64,000 nt of DNA, taken from assembly GCA_017961295.1 (NCBI GenBank), contig JAGCXL010000023.1:65920-129919 (forward strand), written 5' to 3'. This DNA is from Elusimicrobiaceae bacterium (GTDB lineage Bacteria; Elusimicrobiota; Elusimicrobia; Elusimicrobiales; Elusimicrobiaceae). Both the position numbers and the translations under genes were made by a program. Below the pieces are notes generated by a model. It saw nothing but the letters and a program-made list of their open reading frames with translations, had not been told where the DNA came from and ran no database searches. This document shows, in pieces, positions 29,873 through 39,273 of the stretch. Within the stretch, counting starts at the first letter, position 1. Every line of letters starts with the position of its first letter.

Positions 29873-30916
29873 TTATTTATTATTCATATATTTGCCATCT
29901 ACATCCCGTAAAAGGACTGTACCGGCCTGGGGGCCACTGGGAACCAAAGGCGGTACGTCTACTTTGTAATCCTCGGGATTGTTTACCTGTGGTAAATACA
30001 TTTTGTCTTCGGTGGTCCCACCGGTTATTAAAGCTTTAAGGCGATGTTTTGCAGAGCGTTTTCTGTGTTCGGGAGGAACAGGAGGGGGAGGCACAGGCAT
30101 AGGTTGCGGGGCCAGAGCGGCATTGGAAGCCACTATTTGTTGCGTAAATTCTTCTAATTCCTCTGCAGCACTAAATTGCTTTACCAAAGAAGAGTTATCA
30201 AACACCAAGAACCAAGTATCCTCAATTTGATACACATGATATTTTTTGTTATTTTTTACATCCTCAACCACGGTAGCAACCGCTTTTGGGTAGGCCTGGT
30301 GTAAGGCCTCTTCGTGCAGGCCCATGTTGATTTGATAGATAGCATTTAGTTCTAATACGCCTGCGACATTGTCCGTCACCGCTATAAACTGTTGAGTCCC
30401 GTCCGGTTCAAACAAAAATTTGCGAAAGGGTCCCGTTTCCTCACCAAAACTTACAAAAGCATATCTTGCGCCGTTTGGAGCGGTCAAATATCCGTCGACA
30501 GCAGCCACGCGGTCTGCATTGAAAATTAAATAAAACCGACTGGTATTGGTAAGACGTTTAGCTAATTGTTGTTGCGTGCGGCGCATAACAGGGATTTCAT
30601 TGGGGTCCTGAGAGTCTCCCACGGAAACGTAGTTAGAAGTGCCGGTCATTTCAATTTTAATTTCATCCCCTGCATTTTCTTTGGCCGGGGCTTTGGTAGC
30701 ACGTGATTTAGACTTTGCAGATGCTTTGGGCTTTGCAATCGGCTTAGATTCCGTGCTGGGTTTCGGTTCCGCGGCAGGTTGAGCGGGGACCGCTTCTTTT
30801 TTTACAGGATCCGGTTCCGGCGGCAATTGCCAACTGTCCAGGTCTAATAAAGAAGGTTTGGCTAAAGCGGTGCCCATGAATAAAAAGCATAAACATAAAG
30901 TGCAAAATATTCTCAT
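29873..30916 (-). CDS. Secreted hypothetical protein with Pro-rich linkers; paralog of 23028-23825
   Basis: Signal peptide MRIFCTLCLCFL; shared central domain. Confidence 0.7.
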   Translation of the reverse strand: MRIFCTLCLCFLFMGTALAKPSLLDLDSWQLPPEPDPVKKEAVPAQPAAEPKPSTESKPIAKPKASAKSKSRATKAPAKENAGDEIKIEMTGTSNYVSVGDSQDPNEIPVMRRTQQQLAKRLTNTSRFYLIFNADRVAAVDGYLTAPNGARYAFVSFGEETGPFRKFLFEPDGTQQFIAVTDNVAGVLELNAIYQINMGLHEEALHQAYPKAVATVVEDVKNNKKYHVYQIEDTWFLVFDNSSLVKQFSAAEELEEFTQQIVASNAALAPQPMPVPPPPVPPEHRKRSAKHRLKALITGGTTEDKMYLPQVNNPEDYKVDVPPLVPSGPQAGTVLLRDVDGKYMNNK

Positions 30917-31028
30917 ACTATATATTATACGGTTTTTTAGCGAAAAAAAAAGGCTATTTTTTAAAAAGTCGGTTGCTAAAGCAAAAGCAATTTCATAAAA
31001 TTTTTGTATATCGTAAGGAGGAAAGTAC

Positions 31029-32357
31029 ATGAAGAGAGTTTTATGGGGTTTGTTGTGCATCGCCGTAGCCTTGGGCGCGTGCAAAAACAAAGAAAAAGCC
31101 GAAGCACCTGCACCGGTGGTGTCTGCCGTTAAAGTATTGCAACAAGATTTACCTTGGAATATTGAATATCCCGCTCAAGTGGCGGGTTCGCTTGAAATTC
31201 AAATTCGTGCCCAAGTGGGCGGAATTTTGCAAAGTCGCTTGTATAACGAAGGCGAATTTGTGGAAGCGGGCACCCAACTGTTTCAAATTGATGATGCCGA
31301 ATATAAGGTGGCATTGGAAAAAGCACAAGGTTCTTTAGCACAAGCGCAAGCAGAAGAAAAGCGTACACAACGTACGTTTAACCGTATGAAAACGTTGCGT
31401 GCATCCAATGCAGTGAGCCAACAGGACTATGATAATGCACTATCTGCCTATGAAACCGCACAGGCTAACGTGAAAGTAGCTCAAGCAGCAGTGGAAGGAG
31501 CTCAAATCAATTTAGGTTACACCAAAGTTACAGCTCCCATTTCCGGGATTGTGGGCCAGGCAGTTCCGTCGGTAGGTAGTTTGATTTCGCCTGCCGGGGA
31601 ATCGGGTTATTTAACCAATATGGTGCAAATTAATCCGTTGTATGTAAAATTTTCAATGCCGGGCAGCCAATTTAACCAACTCTCTCAGGGCTTTCTATCT
31701 GGTCAAATTGCATTTGGGAATATGCAGGTTGGGCATCAACAAGAAAACATGAAAGCTTATAAAGACAAAGATGTGAACGATGTGGCTGTATATGTAGAGG
31801 CCATTTTGCCCAATGGGGAAATTTACCCGCAACGGGGCAAAATTATTTTCTTTGATAGCTCTGAAAATGCCCAAACTTCCAGCATTGCCATGAAGGCGGA
31901 ATTTGCCAATCCTCAAAATTCGCGTTTGTTGATGCCCGGTCAATTTGTACGTGTACACTTAGTGGGAGCTACTTTTAAAAATGCTATGTTGATTCCTTCT
32001 TCTGCAGTATTGCATACAGCCAAAGAGCTCTTGGTGTATGTAGTAGATCCTAATAACGCGGTAGAAGCCCGCCCCATTGAGGCCGATTTACAGGACGATA
32101 TGTATGTGGTAACAAAAGGACTTAAAGAGGGAGACGTTATCATTAGTGAGGGGCTTTCGCGCGTTCGCCCCGGTCAAAAAGTGGAAGTGAAACTGCAAGA
32201 TTTTACGGTGGCTGCGGCGCAAGAACGTACCGCTCCTAAGGCAGACGAGGAAAAAATGGATCAATTTGAACAAGCGATTTCGGATTCGGAAGCACCGGAT
32301 GCCCAGTCGTTACCTCAGACTACGAGTACGCAAGAACAACCTGCGGCGGCTAATTAG
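31029..32357 (+). CDS. RND efflux membrane fusion lipoprotein (AcrA/MexA-like)
   Basis: Lipobox LGAC, IRAQVGG, VTAPISG, LMPGQFV. Confidence 0.93.
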   Translation: MKRVLWGLLCIAVALGACKNKEKAEAPAPVVSAVKVLQQDLPWNIEYPAQVAGSLEIQIRAQVGGILQSRLYNEGEFVEAGTQLFQIDDAEYKVALEKAQGSLAQAQAEEKRTQRTFNRMKTLRASNAVSQQDYDNALSAYETAQANVKVAQAAVEGAQINLGYTKVTAPISGIVGQAVPSVGSLISPAGESGYLTNMVQINPLYVKFSMPGSQFNQLSQGFLSGQIAFGNMQVGHQQENMKAYKDKDVNDVAVYVEAILPNGEIYPQRGKIIFFDSSENAQTSSIAMKAEFANPQNSRLLMPGQFVRVHLVGATFKNAMLIPSSAVLHTAKELLVYVVDPNNAVEARPIEADLQDDMYVVTKGLKEGDVIISEGLSRVRPGQKVEVKLQDFTVAAAQERTAPKADEEKMDQFEQAISDSEAPDAQSLPQTTSTQEQPAAAN

Positions 32358-32365
32358 GAGCGGAT

Positions 32366-35300
32366 ATGTTCTCTAAATTCTTTATTGACCGCCCTATTTT
32401 TTCGGCTGTAATTTCTCTTTTGATTACGTTAGCCGGTATTGTGGCTATTAAATCTTTACCGGTGGAGCAGTACCCGGATTTGACTCCTCCTACCATTGCG
32501 GTATCGGCCCAATATCCCGGTGCCAGCCCCGAAGTAATTGCCAACACCGTGGCCGCTCCCTTAGAGCAACAAATTAACGGGGTGGAAGATATGTTGTATA
32601 TGAACTCCACTTCTTCTGCCAACGGGGATATGGCACTTACGGTTTCCTTTAAAGTTGGAACCGACCCGGACCAGGCCATGATTAACGTCAATAACCGTGT
32701 ACAAGGGGCAACCGCTACTTTGCCCGAAGACGTGCGCCGTTACGGGGTAACGGTAGATAAAAAATCTTCCGCTATTTTACAGATGATTGCATTTTATTCT
32801 CCTTCGGGCCGTTCGGATACGACGACCATTGGAAACTATGTACTCATTAACATCGTAGATGACTTAAAACGTATTGAAGGAGTCGGTGATGCGATGGTCA
32901 TGTCCGCCAACGACTATGCTATCCGTATTTGGGTCAAACCGGATGTAATTTCCCAGCGTAATTTATCTATTGCCGAGGTAGCTAGTGCGGTGCAAGCGCA
33001 AAACGCGCAACGGGCCGCGGGTAAAATTGGGCAAGCTCCTATGCCGGTAAAAGTGGATCGCAGTTACTCTATTATTGCTCCCGGACGTTTCTCTACCGTA
33101 GAAGAATTTGAAAACATTATTTTGCGTGCCAACCCGGACGGAACTACTTTAAAACTCAAAGATGTAGCCCGCGTGGAGCTGGGTAGCCAAACCTATGAAT
33201 TTAACGGCAGCTTCAACCGTCAACCGGCTGTGCCGGTGGGGATTTATTTGTCTCCGGGCGCAAACGCCGTAGCTACCGCCAAAGCTGTACAAGACTATTT
33301 GAAAGAAGCGGCTAAAAATTTTCCGGCGGAAATGGACCTGACCTACGACACCGCATACGATACGACTCTCTTTGTAACGGAGTCTATTAAAGAGGTAATT
33401 AAAACCTTGGTGGAAGCCATGGTGTTGGTGTTTTTGGTGGTATTTTTGTTCTTAAAAGATTGGCGTGCTACGCTGATCCCGTGCTTGGCCGTACCGGTTT
33501 CTATTATCGGCGCGTTTGCCGGCATGGACGTGATGGGATTTTCGATTAACACGCTTACGCTCTTTGGGCTTGTGCTGGCTATCGGTATGGTAGTGGACGA
33601 TGCTATTGTGGTTATTGAAAACGTGGAACGTATCATGCACGAAGAAAATTTGCCCGTACGTGAAGCCACCATTAAGGCCATGCAGGAAGTATCCGGCCCG
33701 GTGGTCGCCATTGTGTTGGTGCTTTGTTCGGTGTTTGTGCCGGTAGCGTTTATGGGCGGTCTTACTGGGGTCATGTACAAACAGTTTGCCATTACGATTG
33801 CGGTATCCGTGGTCATTTCCGGTTTAGTGGCCTTGACGTTAACGCCGGCCTTGTGTGTGTTGTTACTTAAAAAGAAGGAGCGCCCTACGCATGGGTTTTT
33901 CTACCAGTTTGATAAATGGTTTGATAAACTTACCCAAAAATACGGGAAGTTGGTTAGTTTTATTTTGCATAAAGGGATCGTGTCCGGCATTATTATAGCG
34001 GTGCTATTTGTGGCTACTTTGGGATTATTTAAAATTGTTCCCGGCAGTTTATTGCCGACGGAAGACCAAGGGATTATTATGGTGGCCGCGCAGTTGGACC
34101 CGTCCTCTTCTTTGGGAGCCAGTGATAAAGTTTCCAAAGAGATGGAAAATGTGCTTTTATCTTTGCCATCCGTAGAAAAAGAGATGACATTTTCCGGGTA
34201 TGATATGCTGACCGGAGCACAAAAGAATAACTCGGTGGCTTCGTTTGTAATGTTAAAACCTTGGGATGAACGCAAAAAAGCAGATGAATCTTCTACCGCT
34301 ACAGTCAAACAAGTCTATGTAAAAGCGCAGCAAGCGGTAACCGGGGCCTTGGTAATGCCGTTTAACCCGCCACCCATTATGGGTATGAGTACGACGGGTG
34401 GTTTGGAAGGATATATTCAAAACCGTTCCGAAGGCGGCTCCGTAGAATTGGCTGCCCAACTTAACAAATTTTTAGAAGCAGCGCGTAAGCGCCCCGAACT
34501 CACCAGCGTTTCTTCTTCGTTCTCAGCTTCGGTTCCGCAGTATAGTTTAACGGTGGACGAAGTAAAAGCGCAATCCATGGGTGTGTCTTTAGATAACTTA
34601 TACGCTACGCTACAAGGCACGTTTGGAAATATGTATATTAACGACTTTACTTACATGGGCCGCAGTTTTAAAGTAATGATGCAGGCGGAGGGAGAATATC
34701 GCGCCCGACCGGACCAAATTAGCGGGATTTATGTAAAGTCTGATAAAGGAGCCATGGTGCCGTTGTCGTCCCTTGTGACGTTAACCCCTTCGTTAGGGCC
34801 GGATATTGTGGAACGCTTTAACGTATTCCCATCCGCTAAAGTGATGGCAAGCCCGGCACCGGGGTATAGCTCGGGAGATGCTATCCGTGCGGTAGAAGAA
34901 ACGGCCAAAGAAACGTTGGATTCCGGATTTACATTAGCCTGGACGGGTACCACTTACCAAGAAAAATTGGCAGGTAGTTCTTCTACTTCGGCGTTACTAT
35001 TAGGGATGCTGGTAGTGTTCTTAATTTTGGCCGCGCAGTATGAAAAATGGAGCTTGCCTATCGCCGTACTTTTAGCGGTTCCATTTGCATTATTCGGGGC
35101 TTTACTGGGTACATGGATACGCGGACTTTCCAACGATATTTACTTCCAAATTGCGCTTGTAGCTTTGGTTGGTTTAGCGGCCAAGAATGCTATTTTAATT
35201 GTAGAATTTGCGGTACTACTTAAAGAACAAGGTATGGCCAAAGCCGAAGCGGCCTTGCAGGCTTCGCTATTGCGTTTCCGCCCGATTGTGATGACCTCAC

Positions 35301-35479
35301 TGGCCTTTATTTTAGGGTGTGTGCCGCTTGCCATTAGCTTTGGGGCCGGCGCGGCGAGCCGTCACTCTATCGGAACGGCCGTTGTATGCGGTATGTTAAT
35401 CGCTACTGGGGTGGCCCCGATGTTTGTACCCTGGTTCTTTACCTTATTTGCCGGAAAAGAGAAAAAGGAGCAAAAATGA
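32366..35479 (+). CDS. RND efflux permease (AcrB/MexB-like, HAE1)
   Basis: FFIDRPIF, GMVVDDAIVVIENVER, AKNAILIVEFA, RFRPIVMTS. Confidence 0.96.
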   Translation: MFSKFFIDRPIFSAVISLLITLAGIVAIKSLPVEQYPDLTPPTIAVSAQYPGASPEVIANTVAAPLEQQINGVEDMLYMNSTSSANGDMALTVSFKVGTDPDQAMINVNNRVQGATATLPEDVRRYGVTVDKKSSAILQMIAFYSPSGRSDTTTIGNYVLINIVDDLKRIEGVGDAMVMSANDYAIRIWVKPDVISQRNLSIAEVASAVQAQNAQRAAGKIGQAPMPVKVDRSYSIIAPGRFSTVEEFENIILRANPDGTTLKLKDVARVELGSQTYEFNGSFNRQPAVPVGIYLSPGANAVATAKAVQDYLKEAAKNFPAEMDLTYDTAYDTTLFVTESIKEVIKTLVEAMVLVFLVVFLFLKDWRATLIPCLAVPVSIIGAFAGMDVMGFSINTLTLFGLVLAIGMVVDDAIVVIENVERIMHEENLPVREATIKAMQEVSGPVVAIVLVLCSVFVPVAFMGGLTGVMYKQFAITIAVSVVISGLVALTLTPALCVLLLKKKERPTHGFFYQFDKWFDKLTQKYGKLVSFILHKGIVSGIIIAVLFVATLGLFKIVPGSLLPTEDQGIIMVAAQLDPSSSLGASDKVSKEMENVLLSLPSVEKEMTFSGYDMLTGAQKNNSVASFVMLKPWDERKKADESSTATVKQVYVKAQQAVTGALVMPFNPPPIMGMSTTGGLEGYIQNRSEGGSVELAAQLNKFLEAARKRPELTSVSSSFSASVPQYSLTVDEVKAQSMGVSLDNLYATLQGTFGNMYINDFTYMGRSFKVMMQAEGEYRARPDQISGIYVKSDKGAMVPLSSLVTLTPSLGPDIVERFNVFPSAKVMASPAPGYSSGDAIRAVEETAKETLDSGFTLAWTGTTYQEKLAGSSSTSALLLGMLVVFLILAAQYEKWSLPIAVLLAVPFALFGALLGTWIRGLSNDIYFQIALVALVGLAAKNAILIVEFAVLLKEQGMAKAEAALQASLLRFRPIVMTSLAFILGCVPLAISFGAGAASRHSIGTAVVCGMLIATGVAPMFVPWFFTLFAGKEKKEQK

Positions 35480-36873
35480 AACTAATAAATTTACTAACTG
35501 CCTGTGCAGTACTAGTTGCCGGGTGCACGATGGGCCCGAATTATAAACGCCCGGATGCGGATTTGCCCACCGGGGCGGACGCCAAAAATTATAATGTGTT
35601 CACGCAGCAAAACTGGTGGACCATGTTTAATGATGAAGTGCTCAACCAAATGGAAGACACTGCTTTAAAATATAACTGGGATTTAAAAGCCGCGATTGCA
35701 CGTGTAGATCAAGCTCGTGCCGAAGTAACGGTGGCGGGGGGCAATCAGCTTCCTAGCGTTTCTGCGGGTGGGGACACCGGGCGCGAGGGAAACGCCGCTG
35801 GATCCGGTGAAAGCCAAAGCCGCGCCGGGCTTACGGCTTCGTTTGAGCTGGACTTGTGGGGTAAATATCGCCGCATGAAGGAATCTGCCCGCGCTAAGTT
35901 GTTAGCGACTGAGGCCGCGCGCGATACGGTGCGCCTTACGTTAACGGCTGACGTTGCCAAACAGTATTTCACCATGCTCATGTTGGATAACCAAATTGAA
36001 ATTGCCCAACAAACCGTAGCCGCCCGTCAAGAAAACGTGCGCATTTATCAAAGCCGCTATGAAGCAGGCTACGCCACGGAAGTAGATTTGCGCCGAGTGC
36101 AAGCCAATTTACAAAGTGTAAAAGCACAAGAAGACAGCTTACGTTTGCAACTGGCTAAAACCGAAACTGCGCTTGCGGTGCTTTTGGGTAAATCTCCGCG
36201 CGCGATTGTAGAAGAAAAAATGACCCGCGGCAAACACTTAAATGAACTTACGTTGGTGCCGGATGTACCGGCGGATTTGCCGTCGGATTTATTGGAGCGC
36301 CGTCCGGACGTAATGACGGCCGAGCAAAATTTAATTGCCGCTAATGCGGATATTGGTGTAGCTCGTACGGCTTATTTCCCAAGTATTTCCTTAACGGCCG
36401 CAGCCGGATATGCAAGTAGCGCGCTTACCAGCTTATTTACCGGTGGAAGTGGTGTATGGTCTTTGGGTGCCGGAGTAGCTGCCCCTATTTTTGAAGGCGG
36501 CAAAATCAGCGCTCAAAACAAACAAGCCGAAGCTAAATATCAAGAGGTATTTGCCGATTACCAAAAAACCTTACAATTGGCATTTAAGGATGCGTTGGAT
36601 GCTATTAATTCCAACCAAATGTATCGCCAAATTTATGATTCTTACCTCTCGCAAACTAACGATATGCGCCGTAGCTATGAACTGACTAAAAAGCAAGAAG
36701 ATGCGGGGCTTATCGGCGTGACGGATTTGCTGAGCGTAGAAGAAACTTACTTGTCCTCGGAAATGAATTTATCTACCGCGCGCAAAAACGAATTAGATGC
36801 GGTGGTAGACTTGGCCAAAGCGCTCGGCGGCGGCTGGACCGCACAAGATATTCAAGCGGCCGAAAAGAAATAG
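35476..36873 (+). CDS. Efflux outer-membrane lipoprotein (OprM/NodT-like)
   Basis: Lipobox VAGC-TMGPNY, FELDLWG, LERRPD, ALGGGW. Confidence 0.93.
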   Translation: MKLINLLTACAVLVAGCTMGPNYKRPDADLPTGADAKNYNVFTQQNWWTMFNDEVLNQMEDTALKYNWDLKAAIARVDQARAEVTVAGGNQLPSVSAGGDTGREGNAAGSGESQSRAGLTASFELDLWGKYRRMKESARAKLLATEAARDTVRLTLTADVAKQYFTMLMLDNQIEIAQQTVAARQENVRIYQSRYEAGYATEVDLRRVQANLQSVKAQEDSLRLQLAKTETALAVLLGKSPRAIVEEKMTRGKHLNELTLVPDVPADLPSDLLERRPDVMTAEQNLIAANADIGVARTAYFPSISLTAAAGYASSALTSLFTGGSGVWSLGAGVAAPIFEGGKISAQNKQAEAKYQEVFADYQKTLQLAFKDALDAINSNQMYRQIYDSYLSQTNDMRRSYELTKKQEDAGLIGVTDLLSVEETYLSSEMNLSTARKNELDAVVDLAKALGGGWTAQDIQAAEKK

Positions 36874-36900
36874 CGCCCTTGCAAAATTATGTTTTACACC

Positions 36901-36931
36901 AAAAACCCAAAACACAAAGTTTTGGGTTTTT
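36901..36931. terminator. Bidirectional terminator
   Basis: AAAAACCCAAAAC/GTTTTGGGTTTTT. Confidence 0.75.
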
Positions 36932-37011
36932 CTCATGTACAGAAAAGGTAGAAATAAAGTGTAATTTGTTGTTATGTAGAACGATTCAATTTTTGGAAGG
37001 ATTTTATAATT

Positions 37012-37557
37012 TTAGTTATTTATTATGTAATAGCATGAAGATAAACAATCTCCATCTAACGGTCCCAATATTTGACAGATTTCGTTTGCTTTTTTATTGG
37101 AAGCCCCGGCAAGGCACCAACGTTTTCCGCGATTTCGTTGATGGGAAGTTCGTTGAAAATTAAAAGCAAAATTTGGGTATGGAGATCTCAGGGCCTGTGC
37201 ATAGGTTCGCTCTGTATTGGTGGAAAATTTATAATAATCAGTTTGGACAAGAACACTTACATCTAAATTATCCAAAGTATCACTATAGGTCCCATTGGAT
37301 AAGTAAAATAGTTCTTGCGCATCTGAAATTTTTTTTAAAGTTGCTATCACTTGAACAATGTGTGATTTTGCCACGGCTTTTTGGTATCGCGGCACGGCCA
37401 CGGCCGCCAAAATGCCAATGATTAAGACGACGACTAACAACTCAATAAGCGTAAAACCGGAACGAAGCAGAGTTCTACAGGTGCCTTTATTAAGGAACTC
37501 ATTCGCTATATTGTCATCCTGAACTTGATTCAGGATCTCTACCTTACTTATTTTCAT
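37012..37557 (-). CDS. Type IV prepilin (PilE-like) with long leader
   Basis: G/FTLIELLVVVLIIGILAAVAVPRYQKAV cleavage/methylation motif; C-terminal cysteines; SD AAGGA before ATG 37557. Confidence 0.92.
   Translation of the reverse strand: MKISKVEILNQVQDDNIANEFLNKGTCRTLLRSGFTLIELLVVVLIIGILAAVAVPRYQKAVAKSHIVQVIATLKKISDAQELFYLSNGTYSDTLDNLDVSVLVQTDYYKFSTNTERTYAQALRSPYPNFAFNFQRTSHQRNRGKRWCLAGASNKKANEICQILGPLDGDCLSSCYYIINN
37513..37539 (-). repeat. REP-like palindromic element, copy 2, in frame inside the prepilin leader
   Basis: GAGATCCTGAATCAAGTTCAGGATGAC encodes EILNQVQDD. Confidence 0.75.
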
Positions 37558-37596
37558 TTTATGTTTCCTTTTTGGGGCCGGATTAGCACAACGAAA

Positions 37597-37785
37597 ACGG
37601 CCGTTTTGCCAATCTGCGAACGAGTAGATTAACATAACAGCCGTAGTTTGCCGCATAGCGACAAACACTTGGCACAAAACGGTAGGTCTGCAATTCCAAC
37701 CATTCTGTGCCTATAAACGACTGTTTTTGACTCGTTCGCGTGTACTTTTACACACACCATACCCTGTGTATGGCTTCAAAAACAG
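37597..37785 (-). ncRNA. Candidate structured cis-regulatory leader RNA of the pilin gene
   Basis: Six stems plus a 10-nt loop (37616-37625) complementary to 37730-37739. Confidence 0.55.
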
Positions 37786-37878
37786 AAAAAGCGATTGTAA
37801 AGTGTGCGCTTGGTAGCGCGGGCAAAATCTCCTTTTCTAAAAATATACTTTATTATAACAAATTGCTACAATAAAAGT

Positions 37879-39273
37879 ATGACGATACCCCCTTTAAGCC
37901 CGTTGGACGGGCGCTATGCTAATAAATTAACCGCTTTATCCCAAGTAATGGGCGAGGACTCTTTGCTTCGTGCGCGTGTGCGTGCGGAACTTACGTGGCT
38001 GACTGTTTTGTGCGGCCTCAATTTGCCCGGCGTTAAAAAATTGTCCGCGGCCGAACAGAAAACTTTAGAAAAACTGGCGGATTTATCTGCGCAAGATGTG
38101 GCGCTTATCCGCGCGTTGGAAACTAAAGGATATGGTAAAATCCCAGCTACTCGGCACGATGTGAAAGCTGTGGAATATTTTTTGCGCTTAAAACTGGAAA
38201 AAACCTCTTTAAAAGATCGTTTGCCGTTTATTCACTTTGCACTCACCAGTGAAGATATTAACAGTGTTTCTTATGCACTTTTGCTTAGTGACGGTATGGA
38301 AAAAGCATTACTGCCCACGCTTGAGAAACTACAAAAAGACCTGTTAAAACTTTCTAAAAAAGAAGCGCATTCCGTACTGTTGGCACGCACGCACGGGCAA
38401 CCCGCTGTACCGACGACGTTTGGGAAAGAAATCCGCGTGTTTGAAACGCGTTTGGCGCGGCAACTAAAAGAGCTAAAACAAAAGCAAATTTCGTGCAAGT
38501 TTTCCGGTGCGGTAGGCAATTTTAATGCACATGTGGCGGCATTGCCGACGATAAATTGGCCTCGCGCTGCCAAACAAGTGATTGGTGTGTTAAACAAAAA
38601 CCGCAAACTAAAACTCTTTTTAAGCCCGGTCACTACGCAAGTGGACAACCGCGACAGTTATGCCGAATTATTTGATAATTTGCGGCGCATAAACGTAATT
38701 TTAACGGATTTTAGCCGCGATATGTGGCAGTATATTTCCGCTGGATTAGTTAAACAACAGATGGTAAAAGGAGAGGTGGGGTCGTCCACCATGCCGCAAA
38801 AAGTAAACCCGATTGATTTTGAAAATGCGGAAGGTAATTTGCAACTTTCTGCGGCGTTACTGGACTTTTTATCCCATAAACTCCCGGTGTCGCGGTTGCA
38901 GCGGGATTTGTCGGACTCTACCGTTTTGCGTAATATTCCGGTTGCGTTTGGGCATGCTTTAGTAGCGTATGAGTCGCTACTAAAAGGCCTATCCAAAATT
39001 GCGTTTGATAAAGATTTTGCGCACAAAGAATTAGCAGCGCACCCAGAGGTTTTGGCCGAAGGTATTCAAACTATTTTGCGCGCCTACGGATGCCAAAATG
39101 CTTATGAATTATTGCGCGATTTTACACGCGGGCGCCACTTAACAGCGGTCGCACTTACCGATTTTATAGACGGGCTCAATGTTCCTGCGTCCGTCAAAAT
39201 GCAACTGCACATGCTAGAAGCAGAAAAATATTTGGGGCTAGCGCCCCAACTTGCGGAGGGAAAACATGATTGA
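37879..39273 (+). CDS. purB: Adenylosuccinate lyase
   Basis: LSPLDGRY, HDVKAVEY, ARTHGQPA, GSSTMPQKVNPIDFEN. Confidence 0.96.
   Translation: MTIPPLSPLDGRYANKLTALSQVMGEDSLLRARVRAELTWLTVLCGLNLPGVKKLSAAEQKTLEKLADLSAQDVALIRALETKGYGKIPATRHDVKAVEYFLRLKLEKTSLKDRLPFIHFALTSEDINSVSYALLLSDGMEKALLPTLEKLQKDLLKLSKKEAHSVLLARTHGQPAVPTTFGKEIRVFETRLARQLKELKQKQISCKFSGAVGNFNAHVAALPTINWPRAAKQVIGVLNKNRKLKLFLSPVTTQVDNRDSYAELFDNLRRINVILTDFSRDMWQYISAGLVKQQMVKGEVGSSTMPQKVNPIDFENAEGNLQLSAALLDFLSHKLPVSRLQRDLSDSTVLRNIPVAFGHALVAYESLLKGLSKIAFDKDFAHKELAAHPEVLAEGIQTILRAYGCQNAYELLRDFTRGRHLTAVALTDFIDGLNVPASVKMQLHMLEAEKYLGLAPQLAEGKHD

Noticed and set aside
37558-37677. N-terminal extension of the pilin ORF (MCQVFV...)
   Set aside because: Better explained as structured leader; the SD precedes ATG 37557
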